NCBI GenBank assembly: GCA_020634895.1
Contig: JACKAV010000009.1
Location: 65,465 to 129,464, forward strand
Source of the DNA: Anaerolineales bacterium
GTDB taxonomy: Bacteria > Chloroflexota > Anaerolineae > Anaerolineales > Villigracilaceae
Direction of reading: 5' to 3'
Length of the DNA: 64,000 nucleotides
Part shown: positions 63,539 to 64,000 of the stretch, piece after piece
How the letters are laid out: every line of letters begins with the position of its first letter
Numbering within the stretch: the stretch's first letter is position 1
Program-made: the position numbers and the translations under genes
The notes under the pieces: model-generated
What the model was told of the DNA's origin: nothing
The model's input: the letters and a program-made list of their open reading frames with translations, nothing else
The model's database searches: none

Positions 63539-64000
63539 ATGTCCCCACTATTTTCTTCCAATGAGCATCCACGCAAAAGTAAGTGGGTATATTTATGGCA
63601 ATCCGCAGACATCAGGCAGAAAATTCTTATAACCCTATTGCTGGTGGCCATCTATAGATTCCTGCTCAATATCCCGGTACCTGGAATAATTTCCACGCCG
63701 GATTCGATTCGGGAAAATATAGTTCCTGGAAGCGGGCTTTACACCATGCTGGATTTCCTGAGTATGTTGTCAGGAAGTTCCCTGCTTGGTGTTTCCGTGC
63801 TGGCGCTTGGATTATTGCCATTCAACTTATCAGGGCTTTTATTAAAATTAACAATTCCCCTGATACCAAGTTTACAAATGATGTTCGAAGATGACCCGCG
63901 CGGAAGTCAGCGATGGTTTGAAAGATGGAATTATTATCTTGCTGTGCCGGTTGCAATATTTGAGGCTTTTCTTTTCCTGTTTCTGATTTCCCCGAATTGC
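63539..64000 (+). CDS. secY: Divergent SecY homologue (runs off the window; not in the ORF track)
   Basis: Manual translation: MSPLF...DIRQKILITLLLVAIYRFLLNIPVPG...LSMLSGSSLLGVSVLALGLLPFNLSGLLLKL...IPSL; SD ggagg. Confidence 0.82.
   Translation, partial: MSPLFSSNEHPRKSKWVYLWQSADIRQKILITLLLVAIYRFLLNIPVPGIISTPDSIRENIVPGSGLYTMLDFLSMLSGSSLLGVSVLALGLLPFNLSGLLLKLTIPLIPSLQMMFEDDPRGSQRWFERWNYYLAVPVAIFEAFLFLFLISPNC

Overview
This is a gene-dense bacterial chromosomal window, most consistent with an Anaerolineales (Chloroflexota) genome. That assignment is inferred from the NBR1-Ig lipoprotein, the DNRLRE-capped surface proteins and the Chloroflexi-style alphaCTD and SecY sequence features. Housekeeping content: a cystathionine gamma-lyase/synthase, a cysM-mec-tusA-dsrE-Ubl-moeB sulfur-carrier operon, an EF-G paralogue, pdhABC, speD with two aminopropyltransferases, hemW, ppdK, cca, hpt, tdk, rplU-rpmA-rpmE, sppA and a GH36 alpha-galactosidase. 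Accessory content includes two membrane-anchored TIR proteins and two large modular surface proteins. I found no rRNA, tRNA, CRISPR array, integrase or transposase. Main unusual signals: (1) ribosomal protein bL31 fused to an RNA polymerase alpha-CTD-like domain; (2) a thioredoxin-fold gene split by an in-frame UGA in a UxxC motif with a SECIS-like hairpin (probable selenoprotein missed by the ORF track); (3) a divergent SecY homologue outside the spc operon at the right edge, also absent from the ORF track; (4) a ubiquitin-like sulfur carrier whose Gly-Gly is capped by a 13-aa peptide encoded by a palindromic repeat, with a JAB protease in the same operon; (5) structured leaders with short uORFs upstream of cysM and speD; (6) several families of short palindromic and 7- or 9-nt-periodic repeats, some in frame inside proteins (HemW, PdhC). 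All calls come from reading the sequence by eye; no searches or folding programs were run.
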